64,000 nt of DNA from Octopus sinensis (Eukaryota): positions 12,772,001 through 12,836,000 of the forward strand of contig NC_043017.1 in the NCBI RefSeq assembly GCF_006345805.1, given 5' to 3'. Positions 36,848 through 50,902 of this stretch are shown here, one piece after another; the stretch's first letter is position 1; each line of letters begins with the position of its first letter. Made by a program: the position numbers and the translations under genes. The notes beneath the pieces are model-generated. The model was given only the letters and a program-made list of their open reading frames with translations. It did not search any database and was not told the DNA's origin.

Positions 36848-38747
36848 TCATGTCTATGTTTGTGTGTCTGTGTTTGTCCGTCTAGCATTGCTTGACAGCC
36901 GATGCTGGTGTGTTTATGTCTCCATTACTTAGCGGTTCGGCAAAAGAGACCGATAGAATAAGTACTGGGCTTACAAGAGAATAAGTCCCGGGGTCGAGTT
37001 GCTCGATTAAAGGCGGTGCTCCAGCATGGCCGCAGTCAAATGACTGAAACGAGTAATAGAGTAATGTATGCAATAGATCTGTTAGTTGCCCGATCTACTG
37101 AATTACTTGCTCCTAAATTAATATCCAAGTGACGTATAGCCAGACACGTATAGCCTTAATTTTCAAGCAGAATTGGCACGACAGTGTGTGCTGCAGGACA
37201 AGGATATACTTTTTGAATTATAGGTCAATCCATGCCAGTTTCTGTCCAACCAATTACATTTACAAGATCCAGATTGACACAAGGCTATTAAAAATTAAAA
37301 AAATGACATGGCCTAAAGTACCATGCAGTAGAATCAAATCCACAATCCTGTGGCTACCATTCAGCTGTTAAATATGTGCTTTTTTACTCATTTACTTGTT
37401 TGTCATTTTGACTGTGGCCATGCTGGAGCACTGCCTTTAGTCAAACAAAATGACCTCAGGACTTATTCTTTGTAAGCTTGTACTTATTCTAGCAGTCCCT
37501 TTTGCCAAACCGCTACCGCTAAGTTACAGGGACGTAAACACACCAGCACCGGTTGTCAAGCAATGTTGGGGGGGGGGACAAACACAGAAACACACAAGCA
37601 CATATACGATTTTATTAGTAAAAACCACTTGAAAAAGTGAACACAGAAACAAAGTGTTTTAAGTATCTGTAGCATCCACTGTGTTTGTGTAGACAGACAG
37701 AGAGAGCAAGCAAGAGAGAGACAGACAGACAGAGAGTGCATTACAAGCAGTAAAGAGCAAGAAAGAAAGTGAAAGACAGAAAAAATTAGAGACACTGGGG
37801 TGTAATGTAAACTCCTATAATATTATCAACAATCTCTAAAAAAAAGTAAAAAAAGAGAGAGAGAGAGAGGAAGCTACTATCATTAATAAGCTCAATCACG
37901 ACAGTTGCCGGAAGAAGAAATAATAGAAGGGCACCAGTTGGTAGTTCAATCAGTCGACAGATCAATACTTCTAACCAACATAACATGGAATCACTGTCAA
38001 CAACACACCAGCAGGTTTTCAACGGTTTTTGCTAACAACACAAAGCACCATAGAAACGAGATGTTACCGTTGTTACAGTTTAGGATTACGAACAAAGATA
38101 TTCCAGCTACGACCGACCGACCATCTCGCCAGACGTCATGCCTTGGATAATATAATCTAAAGTCTGTGTGTGATATCTCTTTTACTCTTTACTCTTACTT
38201 GTTTCAGTCATTTGACTGCGGCCATGCAAGAGCACCGCCTTTAATCGAGCAACTCGACCCCGGGACTTATTCTTTTTGTAAGTCCAGTACTTATTCTATC
38301 GGTCTCTTTTTGCCGAACCGCTAAGTGACGGGGACGTAAACACACCAGCATCGGTTGTCAAGCAATGCTACGGGGACAAACACAGACACACACACACATA
38401 TATATACATATATACAACAGGCTTCTTTCAGTTTCCGTCTACCAAATCCACTCACAAGGCATTGATCGGCCCGGGGCTATAGTAGAAGACACTTGCCCAA
38501 GGTGCCACGCAGTGGGACTGAACCCGGAACCATGTGGTTGGTTAGCAAGCTACTTACCACACAGCCACTCCTGCGCCTATATATATATATTTTTTTTTTT
38601 TAATTCATAGGGTGCATAATTTTGTTGCTAAATTCAGTCAAACAGACAAATTGAACATAGGTAAGTCCAGATCCAAGTGGGCTTGGTCTCTCTTTCAGCT
38701 ACTCTCTTCCCACCCACGCGCGCGCGTGTGCGTGTGTGTGTGTGTGT

Positions 38748-38985
38748 GGGCACATGGCTTAGTGGTTACATGATTGTAAGATTGTGGTTTTGATTCCTGG
38801 ACCAGGCGACGCGTTGTGTTCTTGAGCAAAACACTTCATTTCACGTTGCTCCAGTCCACTCAGATGGCAAAAATGAGTAACGCTGCAATGGACTGGCGTC
38901 CCATCCAGCTGGGGAACACATACGCCATAGAAACCGGGAAACCAGGCCCATGAGCCTGGCTAGGCTTTAAAAGGGAGCATTTATT
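38748..38985 (+). mobile_element. SINE with family D head and tail type iii
   Basis: GGCACATGGCTTAGTGGTTA head, gtgttcttgagcaaaacactt core, then atggactggcgtcccatccag and gaaaccgggaaaccaggcccatgagcc. Confidence 0.75.
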
Positions 38986-39997
38986 ATATATATATATATA
39001 TATATATAAATAAGAGAGAGAGAGAGAACCAAGTTATGTTAGTCCACATGGGTAGAAATATAGAAGTTGAAAATGCACTGAGAATAGTTAAAATACTTTT
39101 AATATATTTAAAGCTTTAACCAGTTTCAGTTTACACAGGTTTTCAAGAAGTTGAAATTGGAAAGATGTAGCGCTTCTGACTAGAGTTTTAACCTTGCTCT
39201 ATTTTTGCGAGCTGGCAGAATCGTTAGCACACCGGGCGAAATGCTTAGCAGTATTTCGTCTGTCGTTACGTTCTGAGTTCAAATTCCGCCGAGGTCGACT
39301 TTGCCTTTCATCCTTTCGGGGTCGATTAAATAAGTACCAGTTACGCACTGGGGCCGATATAATCGACTTAATCCGTTTGTCTGTCCTTGTTTGTCCTTTC
39401 TGTGTTTAGCTCCTTGTGGGTAGTAAAGAAATACCTATTTTTATAGGGAGTTCATGGCTCAAATTAGCATATATTTTGAATAGGATTTGACTGGTAGAGA
39501 AGATAGTCACATGACTGGTCTTAGAAATTTTTGTAGGTTCCTGACTACATCCATGTGTTAGTATCATGTGATGATGTGTGGTGTCATAAGTTAAGGCTGA
39601 CACGGTTGTCCAAACAATCAATGCTCTGAATGTTTTCTGTCAAGTTGTTTGTAGAGAATGGCGCCTAAAAAGAAGGCCAACACAGTTGGGAACATTTTTA
39701 ATTACAATCAAGGCACTCCAAATTTAATCTGTCTGATGGGAGAGTGGGCTGGAGTCATTTGTATGTAATCCAGTATCTAAAGTTTAGGTTGTTAGCTGCG
39801 TAGGTTATTCATGTTAGGTGGCAGAATGAGTTTGGTGTGTGAATAGTTATTTGCATATGTCCACTGTTAAAGTCTTGGTTTATACTTTTGTATGAAAGTA
39901 TTTTCTTTGTTTATCTGTACTTTATCTGTGGTATTTGCTGAACATAGGTAGAGTGGAAGACCTGGGTTTTGGGGGACTTATTTTTTGTACATATATC

Positions 39998-40171
39998 TAT
40001 GTGTCCACTCAGTGGAAGCTGTCTAGTACTGGGGTCTGGTATTTGTTGTCAGTGAATGGTCAGTCTATTTCTTAGACTAAGCTTTATGTGTCCACTCAGT
40101 GGAAGCTGTCTAGTACTGGGGTCTGGTATTTGTTGTCAGTGAATGGTCAGTCTATTTCTTAGACTAAGCTT
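39998..40171. repeat. Perfect tandem duplication, 2 x 87 bp
   Basis: tatgtgtccactcagtggaagc...ttagactaagctt repeated at 39998 and 40085. Confidence 0.92.
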
Positions 40172-41354
40172 TGATCTATGTAATCTTCATTACAACCTTG
40201 ACATTTGATAGCATATATTAAATTCCTTGAACATGTAAAGTGATATTTTACAGTAAAAATCTGTCCCAATTTGAATTTGTATGCTTCAGTGCATTTTCAA
40301 CTTCTATTTTTCCCTATATATACACATATATACATACACACACACACATATACATTTATATATGTAAGCAAACTTTAGGTTGACTAAAATATGTTTGCAA
40401 CATTTCAACAACTGTATTTTAACAGAAGTTCGCTTATGCATAAGTGTTGCTTGGTGCTGATACTGTTGAAGTGTGTGTGTGTGTGCGTGCGTGCATGTGT
40501 GTGCAAGCAAGAGCATATCAGGCTATCAGCCTCCCCCACTACCTGTACATGTATTCATTACTTTTTTTTTAAAGAAAATATTGCACAATGCAATCCAGGA
40601 TACATTGACTGGTACTAGTGGGTGAGGATCACAAATGAAAGGCTTTCGACCATTCAATACACTTGAATAATCAGAAGCCTTTCAGGTGGTGGTACCTGTT
40701 AGACCACTTCAAGTATTTCAAATTTTTTTCAAATTTCTAGCTCTGATACTTCTAGGGGGTAAAAAAAAATGCAATAATCTGGAGGAAATTTGAAATACTA
40801 AGTGGTTGAAAGGAATTTAACGATCCGATCCGAATAGACAAAATATTTCTGAAACAACTCAAACAATGCCCACTACCTGTGCCTCCACCAAAATATAGCA
40901 ACTCCGTCTCCAAGTGTCTCAAAACATATCTACCATACTGGAAGATGCTTTGAGTGCTGCAGGTGAGGAGAGAGAATAGCAATTCTAGCAGACTAGCAGT
41001 ACCGACATGTGATGGAAGAGGTGGGGGTGGAAGAAGAGGTGAAAGGTGAAGAAAAAAAGTCTGGAGAAGGTGAGTGGGCTCAGGAATGCACGTAAACAGA
41101 GTAGAATTTATAAAATGTTTAACAAATTTCATTAGCATTGCTTCTGCTTTGCTTACCTACAGCCTCACCAAACATCATATACACATTCTCACACACGTGC
41201 AGGTGTGGCTGTGTGGTAAGAAGCTTGCTTCCCAACCGCATGGTTCTGGGTTCAGCCCCACAGCATTGCACCTTGGGCAGGTATCTTCTACTATAGCCTC
41301 AGGTCAACCAAAGACTTGTGAGTGAATTTGGCAGATGGAAACTGAAAGAAGCCC

Positions 41355-41470
<116 letters not shown>

Positions 41471-43030
41471 CACACACGTATTTGTGTGGGGGGGGGGTTT
41501 GTCCCTCGCACCATCACTTGACAACTGATGGTGTGTTTACATCTCCATAACTTATTGGTTCAGCAAAAGAAACCATACTAGGCTTACAAAGTTCTGGGGT
41601 CGATTTGTTCAACTAAAGGCAGTGCTCCAGCATGACTTCAGTCAAATGACAAACAAAAGAATAAAAGTGTGTGTGTGTGTACAGGGTGATGCTTTTATAA
41701 GGGGCAGCATATTAGGGTCAGCTGTATAATCCTGTAGAGTTGGAGGTCCAAGGTTAAATGGGGATGACATAAGCACTGTGTCAGGTGGCACACCTCCTAT
41801 GCCACTGTGATAGGTAGAGTGTGCTGTCTGGCACAATAAATAGGAATGAAGAATATAGCAATATAAACAAGAGTGCATTTTTGCACCAAAAGCCTATGAG
41901 AGTTTTTCTCGTGGTATTTACTGGAGTATAGTTTGTTCTAAAAGAACATCCATGTTTAAGTGAGGATAAATATCCATGATCCATCTTCATATTCTGACAA
42001 CTATATTTTCTTTTTTCAGATACTTTATATACTCATTTAAAAAACTATGTAACACATTATATGTAAACACACACATGTTTCTAATTTAGGCACAAAGCTA
42101 GCAATTTTAAGGAAAGGGAGTAAATGGATATCACTGACCCTAGTATATGACAGGTACTACATTTTATCGCCCTCCACCTAAAATTATAAAAGGCACTGTT
42201 GACCTCAGCAAATTTTGAACTCAAAACAGGAACAAATACTGCAAAGTTTTCTTCCAATGCCCTTACATTTCCATCACCTTGTTGCCTGTATACATAACTG
42301 TAATGTCCACTTTTCCATTTTTGCATGTAAACAAAATTCCTTAACAGATTTTTCTATGGTCAGATGCCCTTCCTGTCACAAAGTGCCACCTATTTCCAAG
42401 CAAGTTGGTATTTCTCCATGGTTAGATAAGTTTTTCACAAAAGATTAGAAACACCACCACTTGGTTGACATTGATACTCATTTACAATTCATATGATGTC
42501 AAGATGAGAAGACATGTGATGCACTTCTGGCTAACTAGACCAATCAACGGTAACCAACAATCCATAACCTCTGAAATTCATTAAGGGCTTTTGATTTTCA
42601 ACAGGCTGTACTGAAGAAACCCAGCCAAAAATGTTCAAGTTCCAACCTAACAGAAAGGCAATATTCAGCAACATTGTAAAACACTCCTCAGACCAGCCTG
42701 ATTGACCCACTATGCCCCTGACATAACCCCAGAAGCTGGACATCTGGTACAGCTGTGATTCACTATAGCCCAGATTCAGCCTAAGCCAAGACTAGAAAAG
42801 TCCTATGACAATGGGGAAATAGTGAACCAACAGATAAAGACACCCAAAGAGTAATTTCATAAAAAAAAAACTGAAAAACAATTGGGTGGTGGATTGGTAG
42901 AATTTTAGCATTTGTTCTGGTCCTTTACATTCTGAGTTCAAATTCTACCAAGGGTTAATTTTACCTTTCGTGCTTCTGGGATTCATAAGAAACAGTAGAG
43001 AATAGGAAATATAATCGGTTCCTTCACCCA

Positions 43031-43263
43031 AGGCGGCGAGCTAGCAGAATCGTTAGCACGTCGGGCGAAATGCTTAGCGGTATTTCGGCTGCCGTTACGC
43101 TGTGAGTTCAAATTCCGCCGAGATCGACTTTGCCTTTCATCCTTTCAGGGTCGATAAATTAAGTACCAGTTAAGCACTGGGGTCGATATAATCGACTTAA
43201 TACCTATGTCTGTCCATGTTTGTCTCCTCTATGTTTAGCCCCCTGTGGGTAATAAAGAAATAG
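43031..43263 (+). mobile_element. SINE family B monomer with TSD
   Basis: TSD ggttccttcacccaa on both sides. Other monomers at ~29060-29255, 39226-39430, 53912-54150(-) and 55033-55265. Confidence 0.85.
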
Positions 43264-46200
43264 GTTCCTTCACCCAACCCTTCCTGAAAGCTGTGGCTTA
43301 TGTATGAAATATTTAATAAATTTAATAAAAGCTATGCTTTGCAAAAAGATTAGTCCTGACTAGACGTCTAAAGGGAGAAGTTCTCAATCGGCCCACAGCA
43401 TGGTAAGATTTACCAAACTCCCTCTATTACTCAGCGAGACAGAGTTGAAGACAGTCTGATGTGCACAATTTCATCAGATGCCAAGATCAACAAAAGTAGA
43501 CATCAGACAGGAAAAAGCAAATAAATTTAGTAGGTTATACAAAATAGGTGTTGTACAAACCACCCTCCCGTGCAACCTTCCAGTCAGCAGTTACCTACTT
43601 TCACCTGCTCACTGGATACCCACTTTTTGTCTGCTCTATCCTCAACATCCACTAAAATGACCACCGTCACCAAGATCAAAGACCTGCTATTAACAGTGAT
43701 GTCAGGTGGGGCATGTTTCTAGGTTGTAGAATCACTACTTACAAAAGATTGCAAAAGATGGTAAACTCTGTAGTGACCACCATGACTGAGGTGTCCTAAA
43801 GTAAATGTCTATGAGACTCTTCGGGGGGAAAAAAAAAAGAAACTACCTTGCTGCCTGTTACACTGACTATCAACAGAGTTAAGTGACCTGTTCTAGCTTC
43901 TGACTGTGAGGAGAGGGTAACCAAGCCAGCAGTAATACATGTGGACAGTAACATTCCTAAATAATTTGTGAAACCAAGCTATGATATATAATTACACAGC
44001 TACTAACATTTGTTTTACACACACACACACACACACAGACCACAGACTCTCATGATTAGATGATGTATGAGGATCCCGTAATTTCTTGCCAGACAACCAC
44101 ACAGATGATTTGTTTATAGTGATCAAATGTTTGTCCACTCGTAAGCTCACTCCCTCCATCAAATCAAATCAACAATACCTGTACAGGTGCACCATATGTT
44201 AGATGATGAAATGATCATGGAGCAACGAGAAATGAAATGCTTTACTCAAGAACACAACTATGCCCAGTCTGGGAATTGAAACCACAATCTTGCATTCTTG
44301 AGCAAGACACTATTTCACGCATTGCTCTAGTTCACTCAGCTGTAGAAATGAGTTTCGACCTCACTTGTGCCAAGCTGTATTGGCCTTTGCCTTTCCCTTG
44401 GATAACATCAGTGATGTGGAGAGGGGGAGGTTAGTATGCATGGACGACTGACTACTGGTCCTCCAGTGGAGAGGGGAAGGTTAGTATGCATGGATGACTG
44501 ACTACTGGTCCTCCATAAACAACCTTGCCCAGACCGGGGTCAGTTCATTTGACTAAACCCTGATAATTATTCTGTTGAACCAATAAGTCTACACACCAGT
44601 TAGCAAGTGGTAGGAGACACACAGTGTACATCATATACTGAATAGATTTGAGAAATATACTCTCTGGGTGGGTTCTGCTAATTAAAGATGTGTCTGTATA
44701 CACACATGAATGAATGAATGACCTGTCCACTTAATACTGACTGTACTCCAATTATATTGAGTTCTGTTACAGCAAAATAGTACCAAGTGTGTGTGCACTC
44801 ATGTGCATGCTCTTACATACATAAGACTGGTAGTGTGTGTGTGTGTGTTTGTCCCAGAGCAATAGAAGACATGCAGTGGAACTGAACCTAAAACCGTGTG
44901 GCTGGAAAGGAAACTTCTTTACCACACAGCCAATTCTATGCATGCAAGAGCATGTACACACACACACACACGCACATGCATTTGTTACTATTTTGCTTGA
45001 CAAACAGGATTCAATACAGGCGGACTACAGAGTCAAAATTAAGTGGACATGTGTGTGTATACAGACGTCTTTAATCAGCAGAACCTGCCCAAAGAGTATA
45101 TCCCTCCAAACATATACAAAATATGATGAACACTATATGTGTGCGTCCCCCACCACTTGCGAACTGGTGTTGGTGTGTTTATGTCCCCATAACTTAGTGG
45201 TTCAGCAAAATGGTCTGACAGAATATCAGAATTTAGTCAAATGAACCAACCTCAGTACAGTTTTTTTTTTTAAAGCCTGGAACTTATTGTATTGGTCTCT
45301 TGCCAAACTGCTGAGTTACAGGGATGTAATCAAACCAACACTGGTTGTCATGCAGTGGTGGGGCACAAACAGATATATATTCATACATAACAGGCTTTCA
45401 GTTTCTGTCTATCAAATCCATTCACAAGGCTTTAATCAGCCTGAGGTTATAGAAGACACTTGCCCAAGGTGCCACACAGTGGGACTGAACCTGGAACCAC
45501 ATGGCTGAAAAGCAAGCTTCTTACCACAGTCATGCCTGGGCCTATTATATTGTATTTATATATATATACACATACATACATATACAGAAGTGCACCTATG
45601 TAGACAAAGCTCATGACAGTTTTATTAATCAGAGAATAGTGAATCTATTCAAATCAAATATTAAATTCTTACTTTTGAAACTACTATCTTCTAGACTCCA
45701 CTTCACTGTATTAGAACTAAAATAAAACTAAAGCATCATGACAGTAAAATAAACACCACCCTACTAGTGCGTCCTTTGATAATCTACTAATTGACACTAT
45801 TTCATTAGTGTAACAGCAGACACACCCACAAGCTAACTATTCACGAGTTTAAAGTTTTTACCTTTTGTTTCGGTTGTTAAACTGCAGCAGTGCTGGAGCA
45901 CAGCCTTGAAATTTTAGTAACATGAAACCTGGTTCTAATTCTATCGGTCTTTTTCACCAAGGTGCTAAATTACAGGGGACATAAACACGGCAACACCAGT
46001 TCATGAAATGGTGGGACAAACAGACACAAAGACACGCACATCATCATTTAACGTCTGCTTTCCATGCTGGAATGGGTTTGAATGGAACTGGTAACCTGGA
46101 GAGCTGCACCATGTACACACATACATAAATACATACATACATACATACTTTCAGTTTCCATGAACCAAATCTATTCACAAGGCTTTGGTCAGCCCAAGGC

Positions 46201-48369
46201 TATAGAAAATATTTGCCAAAGGGACTGAACCCAGAACCATGTGGTTGGAAAACATGCCTACACCTATGTATATTCCATTCCTTTGGAGTTTCTTTCCTAA
46301 TCTCTTAGCATCTAATTGCTTGATCAACTGAATTACCTGCACCTGAATACAAGTCGCTGACCATTGCACAGACATGTGCATCCTTCATAAATGAATGCCA
46401 AGGTAAATTCAGCATGACACTGCATGACAATGCTGTACCTTTTAGTTACAGGTATAATCTACCAGATCGGCATCTATACATTTTCCCCCAAATCACTTTC
46501 ACTGACATTATATGAGTTGTTGAGATGTCATAGGAAATAATATTTGCTTAAAGATGCCATATACTGGGATTGAAACTGGCACCTTGTAGTTACAAAGCAA
46601 TCTTCCAAACCAGTCAGCCATCATACTACACCTGCACATATACAAGGTATGCCTAATATATATGGACAAACACTCATCCCTATGCAAACACACACACACA
46701 CACACCTATGCCCAGCCAGACAGATGCCAAGTACTCTATTCACATACATTTGGAACACCCAAACAATTCTGATTTGGACAAGCAATTTTAGTCCACACAC
46801 ACCAATAAAATTACATTTTATTGTACCCAGTATTTTCGTTTCAGTGTGAAAAACCTTTCCATTTACAGTGAGAAACTTTATTATTCTGAGCATGGGAACA
46901 GAGTTTCAACAATAAAAGAAACCTTACAAAACGCCAACATTTTAATATTTTCTAAGTTTATTTGTCAGGCACAATAGTACACTATTTAACAATAGCCTGA
47001 TCCAAATACGTAATTTTTCGTGAATTTTACCACGAGTACCTTTCAGATGGTTTAGATTACGATAATATCAGTTTAATGTGAATAAAAAAAAATAAAAAAA
47101 TTGGTGGGCGTACACACGTGCATGGTGATATCGCAATTTTTTCAATTTGAAGTTTCATTTTTAAATGTGTGTCAGTATGTATGTGCGCACGCCTAACAAT
47201 TTTTTCCACATTAATGTCTGATGTAATCGGAATCGGCAAACTCGGAGTATTTGTAGAAATTTTCATTAAAAAAAAAAAAAAATTTAATTTTTTGAAAATT
47301 GTGGGGAGGGTAAAAAAAAAAAAAAAAGTTGAGACACTTGTGTAGGTAATACCAAATTTGGGTATACCTGTCCTTCGAACAACCATATATATATTATGGG
47401 AAAGGAGTACGCTCCCCCCCCCACCATCACCACCAATCTTTTCGGTATTCCTGTATTTCAAACGGGAATTATGTTTACGGTTTGGGCTCCTCTATATAAA
47501 CACTTTTCCTAGTATCCTCTTTTTCTTTCCCATAAATTAGGGAACTTGAAGGGGAAAATTCTGCCCGTAATGGATAATGAATCTAGTGCTTGATACACCC
47601 ATCTCCGAGAGGAGGACGAGGTGATCGCAGCCAGAACGCCTATAACCGTGGATAGAGCTACTCCGTCAGGCCTGACGACCAACACCAAACGGTCTAATTT
47701 TGGTAGATTTTGCGATAAAACCAGCAGTAAACAAGTAGGCAACATTTCGCCCATCACGATTTTAAAAAAAGGCATTCATTCAAAATAGCGTCGGAGATTA
47801 CGTGGTGTTAAAAACCTGTAATTTCTCTGGATCTGTGTTTTATGTATCGCAGATTATGATTCTACATAAAGAAAAAGGAAGGGAAGTTTTTTTTTTCTTT
47901 TTTTTTTGCCCCACCCCACTACAAATTTTCAGTCTTGACTTTTGTGTGTGTGAGTGAGTGAGTGCAAAAATTTCTTTGGGTTTGTGCTACGCACAATTTT
48001 GAATTATCATGTCAAATATTTAAAACAAATCTGAAATAAAAAAAAATTTCCGAGTAAAGACTGAAAAATTACACAGAAAAAGGTGGGTACAAAAGTCTAA
48101 CTTTCCTCCACCACCAAATGGTTTTCTTTTGTAAATTCGCACTCTACGACGCTTAAAATACACAGATCCGAAAAAATTGCGGATTTTGGAGCATTAAATA
48201 ATTTCCGATTCTACAGGTATGCGCGCGTAATGTGTGCGTGTGCATCTAAGAATCCTTAAGCCAGAAAAAAGACAGGCACACGTATATTTGTCAATAGAGC
48301 GTGGATATATTCATGTTCACACTATACAGTGAAATTGGTAATTGGCTGAAATGCATGGATAAAACTGTA

Positions 48370-48487
48370 TATAGTAAAACTTCGGTTTACGAATACCTTT
48401 CATCACCAACGAATCGATTAACGAACATTTTGGGTAACGAACGGCCCCCAGGAACGAATTAAATTCGTAAGCCAATGTTTCACAGTA
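48370..48487. mobile_element. Tigger/pogo-like mini-MITE
   Basis: TA|TAGTAAAACTTCGGTTTACGAA ... TTCGTAAGCCAATGTTTCACAG|TA imperfect TIRs. Confidence 0.6.
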
Positions 48488-50260
48488 GAATATGTGTGTG
48501 CGTGTGTGTACACACGCATACATTTCTTTGGGAGGGGAGGTTCAAATGAAGAAATGGGATTTTGAGTAGACGGGGAGGGAGGGACCTCCACAATTGAAAA
48601 TTCTAACGAGAGCCGAAGAGCCACTACTTGGTCGTTCAACCTACAAGAAATAGCCAAACTTCCCTGAAACCAAACCCTACCATCCTAAAAATTTAAAAGA
48701 AAAGGCCACAATAGACAAATGATTCCAACACATACAGTAATACGCAACCAAACCCTACCATTATAAAAATCAAAAAGAAAAGGCCACAATAGACAACTGA
48801 TTCCAAGGTATAACAGTTCATACGCGATGGTCATGGTTAGGACAGTTTTTGAGTCAGCTCAGTCATGGCTGATCTGGGGCTAAAACAAACAAGACTAGCT
48901 TAGTTAAATTACCAGGACAAGATTAGGTGTAAGATTAGCTAGAAAACGTTCAAATTATATATTTTTAACGTTTAATTTTGGTTTGATTTTAATTGACTTA
49001 AACGAAGCTAGTAGCAGAGCAAAGAGGATCTGCCTTGAAATCGTCAGTTGATGGGAATTGGGTTTTTTTTTTTGTGTGTATGTGTGTATGTAACAGGTTC
49101 GAACTTTCGTCAAAAACATTGAACAGCTGGTCGAGAGAGCGAAGAAGACCAGACCACTTTGCAAATAATTAAATTAAACTTTCTCAGTGTCACGTCACGC
49201 CACTCACAGAAAAAGATAAAGAGAGAGAAAAGAATGTCTTCGATTGACATAGATATTAAAAAGCTTCAATACGGAGTTAAGCCTATGATGGAATTGTGCG
49301 AGAAAGCGAAATATAACAGTGTTTAGTTCTCAAGGTACAAAAGAAATCGATATGAAGATTATATATATATATATATATATATATCTTTCAGAAGAAAAGC
49401 TTTGAAAGAAGAAATGAAGTCGGAGAGGTTAAACCCGGAGGTAACAGGGTGTGTGCGTGGTTGGGTGTATAACCAGTTCTAACCTGTGGTTATTGAGGAG
49501 GGAGGCGTTAAAAAAATTTGAGTGGGTAAGACCAGGAGAATATGAGAGTTTAGAGTGGTGATTGGTATAAAACCCAGCGCTGGAAAACACGGAGGAGCCA
49601 GCTGGAAAAAAAGCAGTTAAGTAGTACAAGAAATATAATAGGGGGCCAAATGATAGTGAAGGGTAAGAACTGAGGAGGGAAAAACAGCGATGACAGAACG
49701 AGGGGGCAACTGGACAAGGCAGTAAGTAATATCAGAATATAATAGAGAAATAAATTCTATGTGAAGGGGGCAAGAAGAGTAGAGGTGGTGGGGTACAAGA
49801 ACTGGGGAAGGAAAAATAGTGGCAGACTTTCGGAATGGCAGGCAGTCAAAGTGATGACAACAGACGGAGGGAGGGGTAAGTGAACAAAGCCGTAGTTATT
49901 AAGACACCTTAATGACCACAATGGTGACAATATGGACACGGTGGCGACAGGAGGAAACAGGTAATGTAATATTTAAGAAATAGGCAAAGAATATTTGCTA
50001 CAATAGTAGAATCGCCATATAGCAGAGAAGAAGACTATTTTAATGCCGTTTTATTAGTAAACAGGAATGCGGACTTCAATGTTCAGATATTCCCCAACAC
50101 ACACACAAATTCTAAGAAGACTAACCTAATATAATAAAGTGTGCGAGCATTATAGATAAGAAAAATATGAGTTTTCCATGACTAACAGTAAATAGCGCAT
50201 TCTAGAGATAGCAACGATCTGCATGAAGGTTTCCTCATTATATATATATATATATATATA

Positions 50261-50390
50261 TACAGGGTGTCCCACAAAAATGTATACACACCTTAAATAA
50301 TTGTAAATTTGTTATTCTTTGTAAGCCTAGTACTCATTCTATCGTTCTCTTTTGCCGAACCACTATGTGTATACATTTTTTGGGGACACC

Positions 50391-50426
<36 letters not shown>

Positions 50427-50459
50427 AACTACTATGTGTATACATTTTTTGGGGACACC

Positions 50460-50464
<5 letters not shown>
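50261..50464. mobile_element. Tc1/mariner-type mini-element in a (TA)n tract with duplicated right TIR
   Basis: TA|CAGGGTGTCCCACAAAAATGTATACAC (50261) and GTGTATACATTTTTTGGGGACACCCTG|TA (ends 50395; again ends 50464). Confidence 0.8.
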
Positions 50465-50511
<47 letters not shown>

Positions 50512-50839
50512 TTAAGTGTGCACTGAAATATTATTTTGTTTGAGATATTTCAGAGTTGAAGAGAAAACAACAAAGGCCTTTAATAAAAGAGATTTATTCT
50601 AAGAACTCCAAAACTTGAAAGAGATTGAAAGAATGCAATAAGAATTAAAACTAGAGGATTTTTAATGGGTGAAATGATCGAAGACTTGACACAATGAAAG
50701 CGTCAAGGCAGAGAGAGGTGTGTGTAAATTTTGTAGCTAGTGTTGACAATAGTAGTCGAGATAGTTTACAGGTTCTTTGGCACAAGACGGAGGAGGAGGA
50801 GAGAGAGAAGAAAAAAACAGAGATTTCTTCAATACTTAC

Positions 50840-50902
50840 CACAAAAATGAAGTTGAATGCAAAAAGCAAATATTTTATACATTTCATTCCAGCTTCTACC
50901 AT
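50840..50902 (-). CDS. CD63: CD63-like tetraspanin coding exon 1
   Basis: ATG at 50902; MVEAGMKCIKYLLFAFNFIFV resembles the CD63 N-terminus/TM1; GTAAGT donor at 50839; 63 nt, phase 0. Confidence 0.9.

Noticed and set aside
39115-39155. Degenerate hammerhead-like motif (minus strand ...CTGAAACTGGT) in another TA-flanked element; similar GAAACGTGT at ~20400
   Set aside because: CUGANGA core and stem II are not intact; at most decayed relatives
39600-39900. Possible RTE C-terminal zinc-finger remnant
   Set aside because: Too decayed (multiple stops) to assign without a profile search
40752-41138. 128-aa ORF as a nested gene in intron 1
   Set aside because: No recognisable domain, low-complexity purine/pyrimidine tract, no convincing splice partners
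47509-47775. 88-aa ORF as an alternative tetraspanin first exon
   Set aside because: No tetraspanin N-terminal similarity and no phase-0 donor found; retained only as part of the CpG-rich domain
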